DNA of 51,258 nucleotides from an uncultured Bacilli bacterium (GCA_934091015.1 CAKOKM010000002.1:1-51258); one strand, 5' to 3'; counted from the first letter of the stretch, positions 1-9,723 are shown. Notes: generated by a model from the sequence alone, not told the origin. A program made the numbers and translations.

Positions 1-1
1 A

Positions 2-268
2 ATGAAAAACTTTAATAAAATTAGAGAAATCGGTAACGAGATAAGTGATGGAATAATGGATTCTTGGAATAAGAGAAACGCATCCTTTGATATAATGAGT
101 CAAAAACAAAGCGATGCAACACTTGGATATGAAAGAGTATATGATACTGAAACTAATGAAGTATATAAAGCATACAATGGATTTACTGATGATTATAATG
201 GAGAAAGATATAAGCCTATAACTGATGATATGTACACGCAAAAAACAAGTGGATATATAGAAAAGTAG
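2..268 (+). CDS. 3' end of an upstream gene (partial hypothetical protein)
   Basis: The ORF is open to the window edge and stops at 266-268. The next gene starts 8 nt later. No recognisable motif. Confidence 0.4.
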   Translation: MKNFNKIREIGNEISDGIMDSWNKRNASFDIMSQKQSDATLGYERVYDTETNEVYKAYNGFTDDYNGERYKPITDDMYTQKTSGYIEK

Positions 269-275
269 GTGTGAT

Positions 276-1199
276 ATGAGGAATAAAAAAATAATTTATG
301 TTGTTATTGTATCTATCGTATTAATAAGCATTATTTCTATAGCCATTATTAAAAATGGAAAACAGGAATTAAATGATCATACACCACCAGAGGCAAACTC
401 AATATTGGATGCACTTAAGAAAAAATATCCAGATAAAGAATATCAAAAACTAAATGGTGGAGAAATATTAACTGAAGATACATCATTTAGTAAATACTCA
501 TTTATAGCTAATAATTCTATATATATTTTTAATCCACAAAAGTTAGATAATGGAGAGTTTGTTTATAAAAAAGTATATGATATAGAAAAAAATATTAAGG
601 TTATGAATATTGCTCCAAACTCAGGAGCAGACATAAAATTTTACGATTATAATGATACTATATATACCTTACATGATGATAATACGGATAATAAAGTTAC
701 AGATAGTTATGATATGTATTTAAATGCTAATTATAATTTAAGTGATTATCTTAAATGGGAATACTCAACAGAATTTCTTGGAAAAAAGATTGATTATGAT
801 TTTATGTCCGAATATGCTTATGTAAAGGATAATATTTTATATAGTAAAAACTATGGAAATGATAAATATCCAACTATTGAAAAAATAAGTGGTAATTATG
901 AAGGTGAAAAAGTAATTAGAATATATAATGAAAGAATAGTTAAAACAGATAAAGGTTTTTATGAATTAATGAGTTACTTTGATAATGATTTAAATAAAAG
1001 AATTATTACTACTGTAAAAATTAATATGTTAACTAGATATTATGATGAAATATTAACATTTACATATAAATATGTAGTATTAAAAGATTATACACTTATA
1101 CCTATAAATGATGTTATGGAAAACAGAGTAAGAGAATATTCAGATGATTATTACTTAAGTGGATTTAATTATATGAATGAGGTTAGATATGAGGAATAA
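276..1199 (+). CDS. membrane-anchored hypothetical protein
   Basis: 307-aa ORF with an N-terminal hydrophobic helix (IIYVVIVSIVLISIISIAII). It is tightly spaced after the preceding ORF. Confidence 0.6.
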   Translation: MRNKKIIYVVIVSIVLISIISIAIIKNGKQELNDHTPPEANSILDALKKKYPDKEYQKLNGGEILTEDTSFSKYSFIANNSIYIFNPQKLDNGEFVYKKVYDIEKNIKVMNIAPNSGADIKFYDYNDTIYTLHDDNTDNKVTDSYDMYLNANYNLSDYLKWEYSTEFLGKKIDYDFMSEYAYVKDNILYSKNYGNDKYPTIEKISGNYEGEKVIRIYNERIVKTDKGFYELMSYFDNDLNKRIITTVKINMLTRYYDEILTFTYKYVVLKDYTLIPINDVMENRVREYSDDYYLSGFNYMNEVRYEE

Positions 1200-1574
1200 T
1201 GGGAGGAGCGAAAAATAGAGAAAATATTACTATTAAATAATAAAATATACAATCATCCAAAAATAAAGTGCGATAGCAAATATTACAAATTTAAGTCTAC
1301 ATTATTTATGAAATAGAAAATTATAGACGGAAACTGAAAATAAAATATTATGTGTGTTTTTAAGATTGCCCGTTGTGATAAATCGGTTCAAGCTATGTGT
1401 TAGTACTAATATAAAAATGTTTAAAAATCTATATTATTATTTGATCAAACAACATCAATTTTATATTGAAATTAACATATGTAAAAAATAGTTTAATATT
1501 TATTAACTTATTTATTGATTTTTAAAATTTCAAATAATATACTTATAATAGTAAGAATGGTAGGCGAGATAAAT

Positions 1575-3722
1575 ATGACTAAGAAAAGAGATATTAAAAT
1601 TGATGGGCAATTATTTATTGGAGAAGATAATTTAATTAAAGAAACTGAAAATATTAAATTAATAACTGAAGAAAATTTAAAAGAATATGCAGATATGTTA
1701 CAGTTTGATACTTTAGCACAAGAATGTATTTTAGAAGATTTATGTGAGTCTTATAATATAAATAGAGATGATATGTTTATATTAATTCATGAACTTAAAA
1801 GAAGAGGAAATAATATTGTTACTTTAAATACATCAGCAAAAAATAATGAAGATGGTTTAGATACAATGGTTACTTTAATACGCAATTTTGGGCATGAACA
1901 ATTAATTAATGATTTATCTTATAATATTGTAGATAATAGTGAACAGTTAAGAATTATGTTAATATCTGATACGAGATTTGGAAGTATTTATCAACAAACA
2001 ACTATTTTAAATGATATGTATTTAAAAGCAAAAGAAATGGGAGTTAAATATGTATTCTTAACAGGTGATGTTGTAGAAGGCGTTTATAGGGGAGTAAAAA
2101 GTATTTATAATAGTACTCTTCATAAAGATGGTTATAAGGATCAAGCAGAATATGTTTCATCTTGTTTTCCTAGAGTTGAAGGAATTACTACTTATTTTAT
2201 AACTGGTGAACATGATTTAAGTTTCTTAAGAGGTACTGATAAGGTTGATATTGGTAAGTTAATTTCTGATCATAGGGATGATATGATATATTTAGGGCCT
2301 AAGAGAAAGAAAGTCTCATTCATATGCAATGATAAGAGAAGTGGAAATATTTCATTATATTTACATCATTCTAGTGGAAATGTACCATATACTATAAGTT
2401 ATAAACCACAACAAAAGATATCTTCACTTAGAAATGAAGATAAGACTGATATTTTAGTTACTAGTCATTTTGCTGCTTGTGATTCATTTTTAAGAAGAGG
2501 TGTTAGAAGTTATCAGGTGCCAACTGTTACAGCAACAACTGATGAAATGAAAGATGCTAATACGCCAGTATATAATACGATAGGAAGTTGGATAGTTACT
2601 TTAGATAAAGATAAAAAAGGAAATTTAAAAGGAACAAGTCAAATGTATATTCCTTATTATAAAACTATTAAAGATGATTATCGAACTTTTAAAAAATTAG
2701 AGTTACTTGATCATACTACAATAAGTGTTCCAGAAGTAAATGTAAAAGATGATAAAGATAAAATATTTGATATGTTAAAAAATGGTCAAAGTTTAGATGA
2801 CTTATCTAAAAAATTAGGTATATCTTCTTTAAAATTAGGTGGCGTTATTGAAGAACTTAACGCTAGAGGATATGACATAAATATAGTTGATAATAAAGTT
2901 GTTGTTAAGAAAAGTAAAAATAAGAATAATAAATCTATTAAACCTAATATGAGTGAATTAAAGAAAATTAGACAGTTATGGATATCTGATACTCATTTAT
3001 GTAATGAGGCTCAACAACTAAATTTACTTAATAAAGTTTATAAGGAAGCTTATGATAGAGGAATAGATACAGTGTTGCATTTTGGAGATGTACTTGATGG
3101 TGATTATCATAATAGACCTGAACATCAATATGCTTTATTTAGGTTAGGTGCTTCAAGACAACTAGATTATATTACTAATTATTACCCTAAAGTTGATGGG
3201 ATAGATACATATTTTATAACTGGTACTCATGATCAAACTCATTGTAAAAATGGCGGGGTATTTATGGGCGAAGCTATTGAAGAAAAAAGACCTGATATGC
3301 ATTTCTTAGGTGATGATAAAGGAATATTTAATCCTAAAGAAAGTATTAAAACAAGTGAAGAAATGTTCCACCCAGGAGGAGGATGTTCTTCTAGTTTATC
3401 TTATAAAATGCAAAAGTATATTGATAAAATTGAGCCTGGTACTAAACCTAATATTATTGGAAGTGGTCATTTTCATCAAAGCCATATGATGGCATATCGT
3501 AATGTGATTGCATTCTTAATTCCTTGTTTAACAGCTAAAACTAACTTTGCAATTAGACAAGGATTAGAAAACACGATGGGAGCTTATTTTATTGATATGT
3601 ATGTTAATAAAGATGGTGATATTGAAATGATTGAATTTGAAGAAAAAAGATATACGGAAAAAGATATTAAAAAAGATGATTATATGAAAACTAAACAATT
3701 AGTTTTGAAAAGAGATAATTAA
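1575..3722 (+). CDS. internally duplicated calcineurin-like metallophosphoesterase
   Basis: Two modules, each a small helical domain followed by a phosphoesterase. Copy 1 motifs: LISDTRFG, TGDVVEG, TGEHD. Copy 2 motifs: ISDTHL, FGDVLDGDY, TGTHD, GSGHFHQSH. I moved the start to the ATG at 1575, which follows AGGCGAG. Confidence 0.7.
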   Translation: MTKKRDIKIDGQLFIGEDNLIKETENIKLITEENLKEYADMLQFDTLAQECILEDLCESYNINRDDMFILIHELKRRGNNIVTLNTSAKNNEDGLDTMVTLIRNFGHEQLINDLSYNIVDNSEQLRIMLISDTRFGSIYQQTTILNDMYLKAKEMGVKYVFLTGDVVEGVYRGVKSIYNSTLHKDGYKDQAEYVSSCFPRVEGITTYFITGEHDLSFLRGTDKVDIGKLISDHRDDMIYLGPKRKKVSFICNDKRSGNISLYLHHSSGNVPYTISYKPQQKISSLRNEDKTDILVTSHFAACDSFLRRGVRSYQVPTVTATTDEMKDANTPVYNTIGSWIVTLDKDKKGNLKGTSQMYIPYYKTIKDDYRTFKKLELLDHTTISVPEVNVKDDKDKIFDMLKNGQSLDDLSKKLGISSLKLGGVIEELNARGYDINIVDNKVVVKKSKNKNNKSIKPNMSELKKIRQLWISDTHLCNEAQQLNLLNKVYKEAYDRGIDTVLHFGDVLDGDYHNRPEHQYALFRLGASRQLDYITNYYPKVDGIDTYFITGTHDQTHCKNGGVFMGEAIEEKRPDMHFLGDDKGIFNPKESIKTSEEMFHPGGGCSSSLSYKMQKYIDKIEPGTKPNIIGSGHFHQSHMMAYRNVIAFLIPCLTAKTNFAIRQGLENTMGAYFIDMYVNKDGDIEMIEFEEKRYTEKDIKKDDYMKTKQLVLKRDN

Positions 3723-3811
3723 TTTATAAACTTCATCAAAGAATGGTGAGGTTTATTTTTATTTACAAGATGAAATATCTTTGATAATCTTATACTAGAA
3801 GGAGGATACTT

Positions 3812-4345
3812 GTGAGAAAGAGATTATTGATTTTAGGTGCAATACTTTGTGGTGCATTTATTTTAACGGGTTGTGGTAAAGATTCGACAGTTAATAATTA
3901 CGATGGTAAAGTAGAAAATATAACTTATACTAATAAATTTGAATGTAAAAAAAACGAAAAATATACAACATCACAAATGTATTACATAACTAAACAAGAA
4001 GTTTTAAATGATGCAGATAGTGGTAAGGACGCTGTTAATGTAACACTTACTAGAAGTTATGATTTTAATAAAGATGGCAGTAAATTACTTGCTTATTATG
4101 ATATAACTGTTTATGATTTTCTTGTTAGTTATGATATGGATGCTTTAAAGAAATATTATGAAGATGAATGTAGTAAGCAAGATAAAAATACTTATAAAAG
4201 TTGTAATGTTAGTTTAAAAGATAAAACTATTACAGTTATTTCGGAAGTAGATTTAAATTCTGAAATAGCTAATGAATATTTAACAACTGTAACTTTAGAT
4301 AAAATTAAAGATAACTATGCTGAATCAACATATAAATGTGAATAG
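3812..4345 (+). CDS. lipoprotein, unknown function
   Basis: GTG start 7 nt after GAAGGAGGA. The signal peptide has a lipobox (AFILTGC). Confidence 0.75.
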   Translation: MRKRLLILGAILCGAFILTGCGKDSTVNNYDGKVENITYTNKFECKKNEKYTTSQMYYITKQEVLNDADSGKDAVNVTLTRSYDFNKDGSKLLAYYDITVYDFLVSYDMDALKKYYEDECSKQDKNTYKSCNVSLKDKTITVISEVDLNSEIANEYLTTVTLDKIKDNYAESTYKCE

Positions 4346-4407
4346 AAAGTCTTTATGTTTAATTTTAGAAAAAGAACATATAATATAATGTATGCTACTA
4401 GAGTTAT

Positions 4408-4436
4408 TTGACTTTTCGTTAAAATTATAGTATACT
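4408..4436 (+). promoter_or_regulatory. sigma-A-type promoter of the tandem-repeat RNA
   Basis: TTGACT (4408-4413), a 17-nt spacer, then TATACT (4431-4436). Confidence 0.5.
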
Positions 4437-4440
4437 TTTC

Positions 4441-4600
4441 ATGTACTTGAGATAGTACTCGAAGAAAATGTTAGCCGCTCTTGGATGGCGCGGGTTATAA
4501 ATTATTCCAGTCGCGAAATGTTAATCGCTCCCGGATGGTGCGAATAATAAATTATTCCGGTCGAAAATATTTTAGGAGATAAAATTTTATCTTCTTTTTT
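4441..4600 (+). ncRNA. candidate small RNA with two 50-nt pseudoknot-forming tandem repeats
   Basis: It has its own promoter, a 5' hairpin (GTACT/AGTAC), two 50-nt repeats that are GC-rich for this genome, and an AT-rich palindrome followed by a T-run (4577-4600). There is no ORF with an RBS. Confidence 0.45.
4464..4563 (+). repeat. 2 x 50-nt head-to-tail direct repeat
   Basis: 4464-4513 aligns with 4514-4563 at an exact 50-nt offset. A partial third start (GAAAAT) lies at 4563-4568. Confidence 0.85.
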
Positions 4601-4601
4601 G

Positions 4602-4651
4602 TTGACATTATATTTAATATTTTGTATTATTGTATTAAGTAAGCAATACAA
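4602..4651 (+). promoter_or_regulatory. promoter and palindromic operator of the gntR-ABC operon
   Basis: TTGACA (4602-4607), 17 nt, then TATTAT (4625-4630). Immediately after comes the inverted repeat TTGTATT-n8-AATACAA (4630-4651). Confidence 0.6.
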
Positions 4652-4666
4652 TAGAAAAGAGGGATA

Positions 4667-5035
4667 ATGAAATTTAATTTTGATAATAATATACCAATTT
4701 ATATTCAATTAGTAGAACAAATAAGATTATTAATATTATCTGGTTATTTTAAGTTGGGTGATAGATTACCATCAGTTAGAGAATTTGCACTTATTGCGAA
4801 GGTTAATCCGAATACAGTACAAAAGGCTTTGCAAGAACTGGAAGATGAAAAGTTAATATATACTGATAGAACAAATGGTAAGTATATTACTGATGATAAA
4901 AATTTGATAAAAAAATTAAAGTTAAAAATAGCAAATGATTTTGTTTTAAATTATTTAGAGGATATGAATAAAATTGGTTTTAATAAAGAGGATGCAATAA
5001 AGTATTTAGTAGAATATGAAGGAGATAAAAAATGA
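4667..5035 (+). CDS. GntR-family (YtrA-like) transcriptional regulator
   Basis: Short GntR with a winged-HTH signature (LPSVREFALIAKVNPNTVQKALQELE). It overlaps the downstream ABC ATPase gene. Confidence 0.85.
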   Translation: MKFNFDNNIPIYIQLVEQIRLLILSGYFKLGDRLPSVREFALIAKVNPNTVQKALQELEDEKLIYTDRTNGKYITDDKNLIKKLKLKIANDFVLNYLEDMNKIGFNKEDAIKYLVEYEGDKK

Positions 5036-5727
5036 GTTTATTAGAATGTAAAAATATAGTTAAAAAGTTTGATAATAGAATTGTTTTAGATAATATTAAT
5101 TTAAAAATAGGTAAAGGAAAGATTATTGGTTTACTTGGTAAAAATGGAGCTGGTAAGACGACTTTAATTAAAATAATGAATGGTTTACTTACAACAGATA
5201 ATGGAGAAATATTGTTTAATAATAATGATATTTCATATAAAGATAGAAATGATATTGCATACTTACCAGAAAGAAGTTATTTAAATAAAGATATGAAAAT
5301 ATATGAATCAATAAATTATATGAAAGATTTTTATAGTAACTTTGATGAAAATAAAGCGTATAAATTACTTGAAGAATTAAATTTAGATAAAAATATTACT
5401 ATATCTAAATTATCTAAGGGTATGCAAGAAAAGTTACGTTTAATACTGGTGATGGCAAGAAACGCTGATTTATATATTTTAGATGAGCCATTAGGTGGAG
5501 TAGATCCAGCTACTAGAGATTATATTTTAGATACAATACTAACAAATATTAAAAGTGGATCTAGTGTTTTAATATCAACTCATTTAATTTCAGATGTAGA
5601 AAGAATATTAGATGAAGTAATATTTATAGATGATGGTAAAATTAAATTAGTTTCAGATACAGATGAGTTAAGAGAAAAAGAAAATGCTAGTATAGACGAA
5701 GTTTTTAGGAGGACTTTTAAATGTTAA
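5032..5727 (+). CDS. ABC transporter ATP-binding protein
   Basis: Walker A GKNGAGKTT, signature LSKGMQEKL, Walker B LYILDEP. Confidence 0.9.
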   Translation: MSLLECKNIVKKFDNRIVLDNINLKIGKGKIIGLLGKNGAGKTTLIKIMNGLLTTDNGEILFNNNDISYKDRNDIAYLPERSYLNKDMKIYESINYMKDFYSNFDENKAYKLLEELNLDKNITISKLSKGMQEKLRLILVMARNADLYILDEPLGGVDPATRDYILDTILTNIKSGSSVLISTHLISDVERILDEVIFIDDGKIKLVSDTDELREKENASIDEVFRRTFKC

Positions 5728-6581
5728 AAAAATTAGTTAAATATGATTTAAAATCTTTATTTAAGAATATGTGGATATTTTATGTTCTATTATTAATTGA
5801 TGTAATTGTTAATTTTATTTTGAATAATTATGGTAATAGGACACTTACTTTAGATATAATTGAACCAATTATTTATTTGTCTTTAATATTATATCTTTTA
5901 GGTTTCATATTGTTTTCTGTTTATAAAACTATATCTAGATATAGAAATAATCTTTATACGGATGAAGGATATTTAACTTTTACCTTACCTGTTAGTAAAA
6001 ATAAATTATTTTTTTCTAAGTTTATATCTGGATTTATTTATAATGTTATAAATTTTATTGTTGTAATAGTTTCTTATTTATTTGGTTTAAGCTTTATTTT
6101 TACAAAAAATAGTTGCTTTATGAAAGCATTAAATAATATATCTAGTGGATGTACAATGGGAGTATTTGAAAGTAGAATAGAGGAATATAAATATATTTTT
6201 AATACTGAATATTGGGTTGTAATTGTATTTTTAATTAGTATAGTATTATTAAATATAATTTGTGTTATTTTATCGGGATATTTTGGTACTACTTTAGGAA
6301 GTAAATGTAATAATAATAAAAAATCTAAATCAGTTACTTTTAGTGTTGTGACGTATTTTTTAACTATTTTATTAATAGTATCTATATTTAGTATTATTGG
6401 TAAAACTAATCCAGAGTTATCATTATTCTTTAATAATTATGATAGGGCATATGATTTAAAAGGTAAATATATGTTATTAAGAAAAATGTTGTATTTGTAT
6501 GTATTTTTACAAGTATTTATTGATAGTGCATTATATTTTATGGGAAATAAATTATTAAATAAAGGTATTAATTTAGAGTAG
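5721..6581 (+). CDS. ABC transporter permease-like membrane protein
   Basis: Multi-pass hydrophobic ORF that overlaps the ATPase stop codon. Confidence 0.6.
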   Translation: MLKKLVKYDLKSLFKNMWIFYVLLLIDVIVNFILNNYGNRTLTLDIIEPIIYLSLILYLLGFILFSVYKTISRYRNNLYTDEGYLTFTLPVSKNKLFFSKFISGFIYNVINFIVVIVSYLFGLSFIFTKNSCFMKALNNISSGCTMGVFESRIEEYKYIFNTEYWVVIVFLISIVLLNIICVILSGYFGTTLGSKCNNNKKSKSVTFSVVTYFLTILLIVSIFSIIGKTNPELSLFFNNYDRAYDLKGKYMLLRKMLYLYVFLQVFIDSALYFMGNKLLNKGINLE

Positions 6582-6796
6582 AAGTATATTAAATTAATTA
6601 TGTTATAGTTTATGTTTGTTAGCAAAGCGATTTATATTATGGATAAATAATGAACATCTAAGTATAATTGATGCTTTAAAAGAATTTTATGAATGAAATA
6701 GTAGTAAAGATAATCAATTAAAGGTTATCTTTTTAGTTTATTTTTTTATTTGTGTGTTATAATAAATTTGTTAGGATAAAAAAGGAGAAGATGAAA

Positions 6797-7528
6797 ATGG
6801 AAAATAGTAAAGTTGCAATTATAACTGGTGGAGCATCTGGTATTGGTCTTGCTACTGCTAAAAAGTTAGCTGGTTATGGTGTTAAGGTTGTACTTGCAGA
6901 TTGGAATGATAATGTTGAAGAAATTGCTTCTAATATAGGAGAAAATGCGTTAGGAATTAAATGTGATGTTTCAAATGAAGAAAGTGTTAAATCTTTAGTT
7001 GAAGAAACAGTAAGTAAATTTGGTCATATTGATTATTTAGTTGCTAATGCTGGAATTGGTGGAGGACCAAATAAGGCACATGAAGTTAGCTTAGAAGAAT
7101 GGAATAAGGTTGTTGCAGTTAACCAAACAGGAATATTCTTAGCTAATAAATATGTTATTGCCGAAATGCTTAAAAATGGTGGAGGAAGCATTGTTAATAC
7201 ATCAAGTATGTATGGATTAGTAGGTACAACTATGAGTTTTGCTTATTCAGCTACTAAAGGCGCAATTAATCAAATGACTAGATCACTTGCTCTTACTTAT
7301 GCAAGAGATAATATAAGAGTTAATGCAGTTGCACCAGGTTATGTTGATACACCAATTTTAAGTCAAGTTCCTGATGATATGAAAATGGCTATGGCTAATC
7401 AATTGCCGATTGGAAGATTAGGAAAAGATAATGAAATTGCTAATTTAATAGTTTATTTATTAAGTGAAAAAGCATCATTTATAACAGGAGCTGTTGTTCC
7501 TATTGATGGTGGATATACTGCACAATAG
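6797..7528 (+). CDS. short-chain dehydrogenase/reductase (SDR)
   Basis: TGGASGIG cofactor motif, NAG motif and a YSATK catalytic motif. Start placed at the ATG 9 nt after AAAGGAG. Confidence 0.85.
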   Translation: MENSKVAIITGGASGIGLATAKKLAGYGVKVVLADWNDNVEEIASNIGENALGIKCDVSNEESVKSLVEETVSKFGHIDYLVANAGIGGGPNKAHEVSLEEWNKVVAVNQTGIFLANKYVIAEMLKNGGGSIVNTSSMYGLVGTTMSFAYSATKGAINQMTRSLALTYARDNIRVNAVAPGYVDTPILSQVPDDMKMAMANQLPIGRLGKDNEIANLIVYLLSEKASFITGAVVPIDGGYTAQ

Positions 7529-7677
7529 CTAAAAAAGTAAATTAAGGCTTGACTTTTACAAAAAAATATTGTAACATATGTTTGTATATTTAAAAAAGAA
7601 GTAGAAATTAAATATGTTAGTGTATTATTTCTACTTTTTTATTTGAAAAAATATAATATATAAAAAGGAGAGAAAGT

Positions 7678-7959
7678 ATGAAAAATTTAGAAATTAGTAG
7701 TATGTTATTAATGATTAAAAGAGGTTATAATATTTATTCTACAAATAATGTAACAATTGGACAAATGTTAAGTCTTGGTTTAATTGAATTTGTTAATGAA
7801 GAATTAATTATAACTGAAATTGGAGATCTTTATTTAAATAAAGTTATGGAAGAAAAATCTTTATTAGTATTAAGATACTTATCAGCTAATAGCAAAGCAT
7901 TTGATGCTAATATGGCTAATTCATTAAGAAATGAATCAGTTAAAAGAGTATCATTATAA
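7678..7959 (+). CDS. hypothetical protein
   Basis: 93-aa ORF preceded by AAAGGAGAG. No recognisable motif. Confidence 0.4.
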   Translation: MKNLEISSMLLMIKRGYNIYSTNNVTIGQMLSLGLIEFVNEELIITEIGDLYLNKVMEEKSLLVLRYLSANSKAFDANMANSLRNESVKRVSL

Positions 7960-7965
7960 TATGCT

Positions 7966-7990
7966 AAAAACACCTAATTAGGTGTTTTTT
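7966..7990. terminator. bidirectional rho-independent terminator
   Basis: AAAAACACCT-aatt-AGGTGTTTTT sits between convergent genes. Confidence 0.6.
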
Positions 7991-8901
7991 ATATTTATTT
8001 CTTTAATTAAGGTATTATCTAAATAATAAATTACTTTTGATACATCATAATTATCTTGAATAGATAAATTTAAAGTATAGATTGTTTCTTCTATTAAATC
8101 TTTAGATGAAAATACATTATTATTTAAATTTAAGACTATATAGTCGTTCTTAATTTCATAGTTTATTTTTTGAATATCTTTAATATAACTTATTAGATTA
8201 GTGTTATAAACTGATTTAGATGCCATTTGTTCAATTATAATTTTGATTTTATCATCTTTATTGTTGCTCATTAAAGTAATTGGTACATAATAATAAAAGT
8301 CATTATATTTAGATAAATAATAAATAGTTGTTTTAGTTATACCAGTAATTGAGTCAATATTAAATGTTTTATTAATTCCATAACTACGATCTAAAATAGA
8401 ATCAATTACTTCATTATTAGGTAACTTTGTTAAAATATTACCTTCTATATAAATAGATAATTTATAATTTGAATCCAAACTAGTTATAGAATAGATAAGA
8501 GAGGATATTAAGGTATCTATTTTATCATTTTCAATATTTAATAATTCTTTAGAAAAGTTAAGTTTAACTATGTTGTTATCAAGATCAACTGATAATAATT
8601 TAGTATCTTTAGGTATAACTTGTTTAAATCCTTCTTTAATATAATTGCTCTTATTACCATCAATAGTTAAGTAATTAATTATTTCTTTTATTTTATTTAT
8701 TCTGTCATTTTCTTTTAAAATAACATTAACTCTAGCTACATAATTATTGTAATCAATTAGATATATATAAGCATCTTTATAACTTTTTTTCTCATTATTA
8801 ATAGTTTCTATCTTTTTAGTCGGAAATAGATAGATAATTAAAATTATTAAGAGAGAAGATACAATTAAAAAGATACGTTTTTTTAATTTATTTTTTAACA
8901 T
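7978..8901 (-). CDS. gerM: GerM-like sporulation/germination protein (two GerMN-type modules)
   Basis: N-terminal membrane anchor and two repeated modules that resemble GerMN. It sits next to gerE. Start moved to the ATG 5 nt after GGTGG. Confidence 0.55.
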   Translation of the reverse strand: MLKNKLKKRIFLIVSSLLIILIIYLFPTKKIETINNEKKSYKDAYIYLIDYNNYVARVNVILKENDRINKIKEIINYLTIDGNKSNYIKEGFKQVIPKDTKLLSVDLDNNIVKLNFSKELLNIENDKIDTLISSLIYSITSLDSNYKLSIYIEGNILTKLPNNEVIDSILDRSYGINKTFNIDSITGITKTTIYYLSKYNDFYYYVPITLMSNNKDDKIKIIIEQMASKSVYNTNLISYIKDIQKINYEIKNDYIVLNLNNNVFSSKDLIEETIYTLNLSIQDNYDVSKVIYYLDNTLIKEINIKNT

Positions 8902-8959
8902 AAATTCCACCATTAAAATTATATGCTAATTAAAAAAATAAAGTCGCTAATTTGCGACT

Positions 8960-9169
8960 TTATAAAGTTATTTCACCTAATTTAATTAATTCTAATATAG
9001 CACATGATCTATTTTTGCAATCTAATTTTTGAATTACATTAGATATATGATTTCTTACAGTTTTTTCACTAATTAGCAGTTCGTCTGAAATTTGTTTTGT
9101 ACTTTTATTAGTTACTAATAAGTTAAATATTTCTTTTTCTCTTTTAGTTAATAGTGATTCCACTTCCAA
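8960..9169 (-). CDS. gerE: GerE, LuxR-family sporulation regulator
   Basis: 69 aa. LTKREKEIFNLLV...ISEKTVRNHISNVIQKL closely matches my recollection of B. subtilis GerE. Confidence 0.85.
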   Translation of the reverse strand: MEVESLLTKREKEIFNLLVTNKSTKQISDELLISEKTVRNHISNVIQKLDCKNRSCAILELIKLGEITL

Positions 9170-9234
9170 TCTTCCTTTCCATAGTATCCTCTTGATATTT
9201 TATGATAGAGAAAGATAGTTAGTGAATAATCATA

Positions 9235-9723
9235 TTATTGATATTTAACTGTAATGTACATTTGTTTATCAAATTCTTTTTGAATTGTTCTAATAATGTT
9301 ATTAGCGTCTGTTACATTACTGTTTTTAGATGATATTATAACACTTATTTGATCATCTTTAATTTTAATAAAACTTTTTAAATTATATGTTTTAAGAATT
9401 AAAGATTCTAATTTGTTTTCTTTACCTTTAGTACTATTAATACCTTTTAATTTTTCATAAGCATTATTTTTTTCTTGAACACTGACAGTTTGGTCTAAAA
9501 GAATTTCTTGGAGTTCAGCAATAACTTTTTGATCTTGATCATCATTTTCTACTCTTAAAGCACTTAAAGTATCCTCCTCTTTAACATTTAAGGTTTCACT
9601 AGTAGAAGTATTAGATGGCATTAATTTTGTTAAGTTATCTTCATCTAAAGCTACATAGTAAACTGAAAGTACTAATATAATACTAAATAAAGTTAAAAAC
9701 CATAATTTTTGTTTGTTAATCAT
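9235..9723 (-). CDS. spoIIIAH: SpoIIIAH-like sporulation protein
   Basis: N-terminal anchor ending LSVYY, an acidic linker and a C-terminal domain laid out as in SpoIIIAH. ATG at 9723 follows GGAGGA. Confidence 0.6.
   Translation of the reverse strand: MINKQKLWFLTLFSIILVLSVYYVALDEDNLTKLMPSNTSTSETLNVKEEDTLSALRVENDDQDQKVIAELQEILLDQTVSVQEKNNAYEKLKGINSTKGKENKLESLILKTYNLKSFIKIKDDQISVIISSKNSNVTDANNIIRTIQKEFDKQMYITVKYQ

Noticed and set aside
4502-4708. Minus-strand 68-aa ORF overlapping the 50-nt repeats and the gntR promoter.
   Set aside because: It has no RBS. It runs antisense through a promoter/operator and into the gntR start, so it is an artefact of the open frame.
7549-7640. A promoter-like TTGACT-17-TAACAT followed about 20 nt later by a strong terminator (AAGTAGAAAT/ATTTCTACTT plus T-run), which could be a roughly 60-nt sRNA.
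   Set aside because: The hairpin is most simply the terminator of the SDR gene, which ends 70 nt upstream. The promoter match may be chance in AT-rich DNA, and nothing supports a separate RNA.
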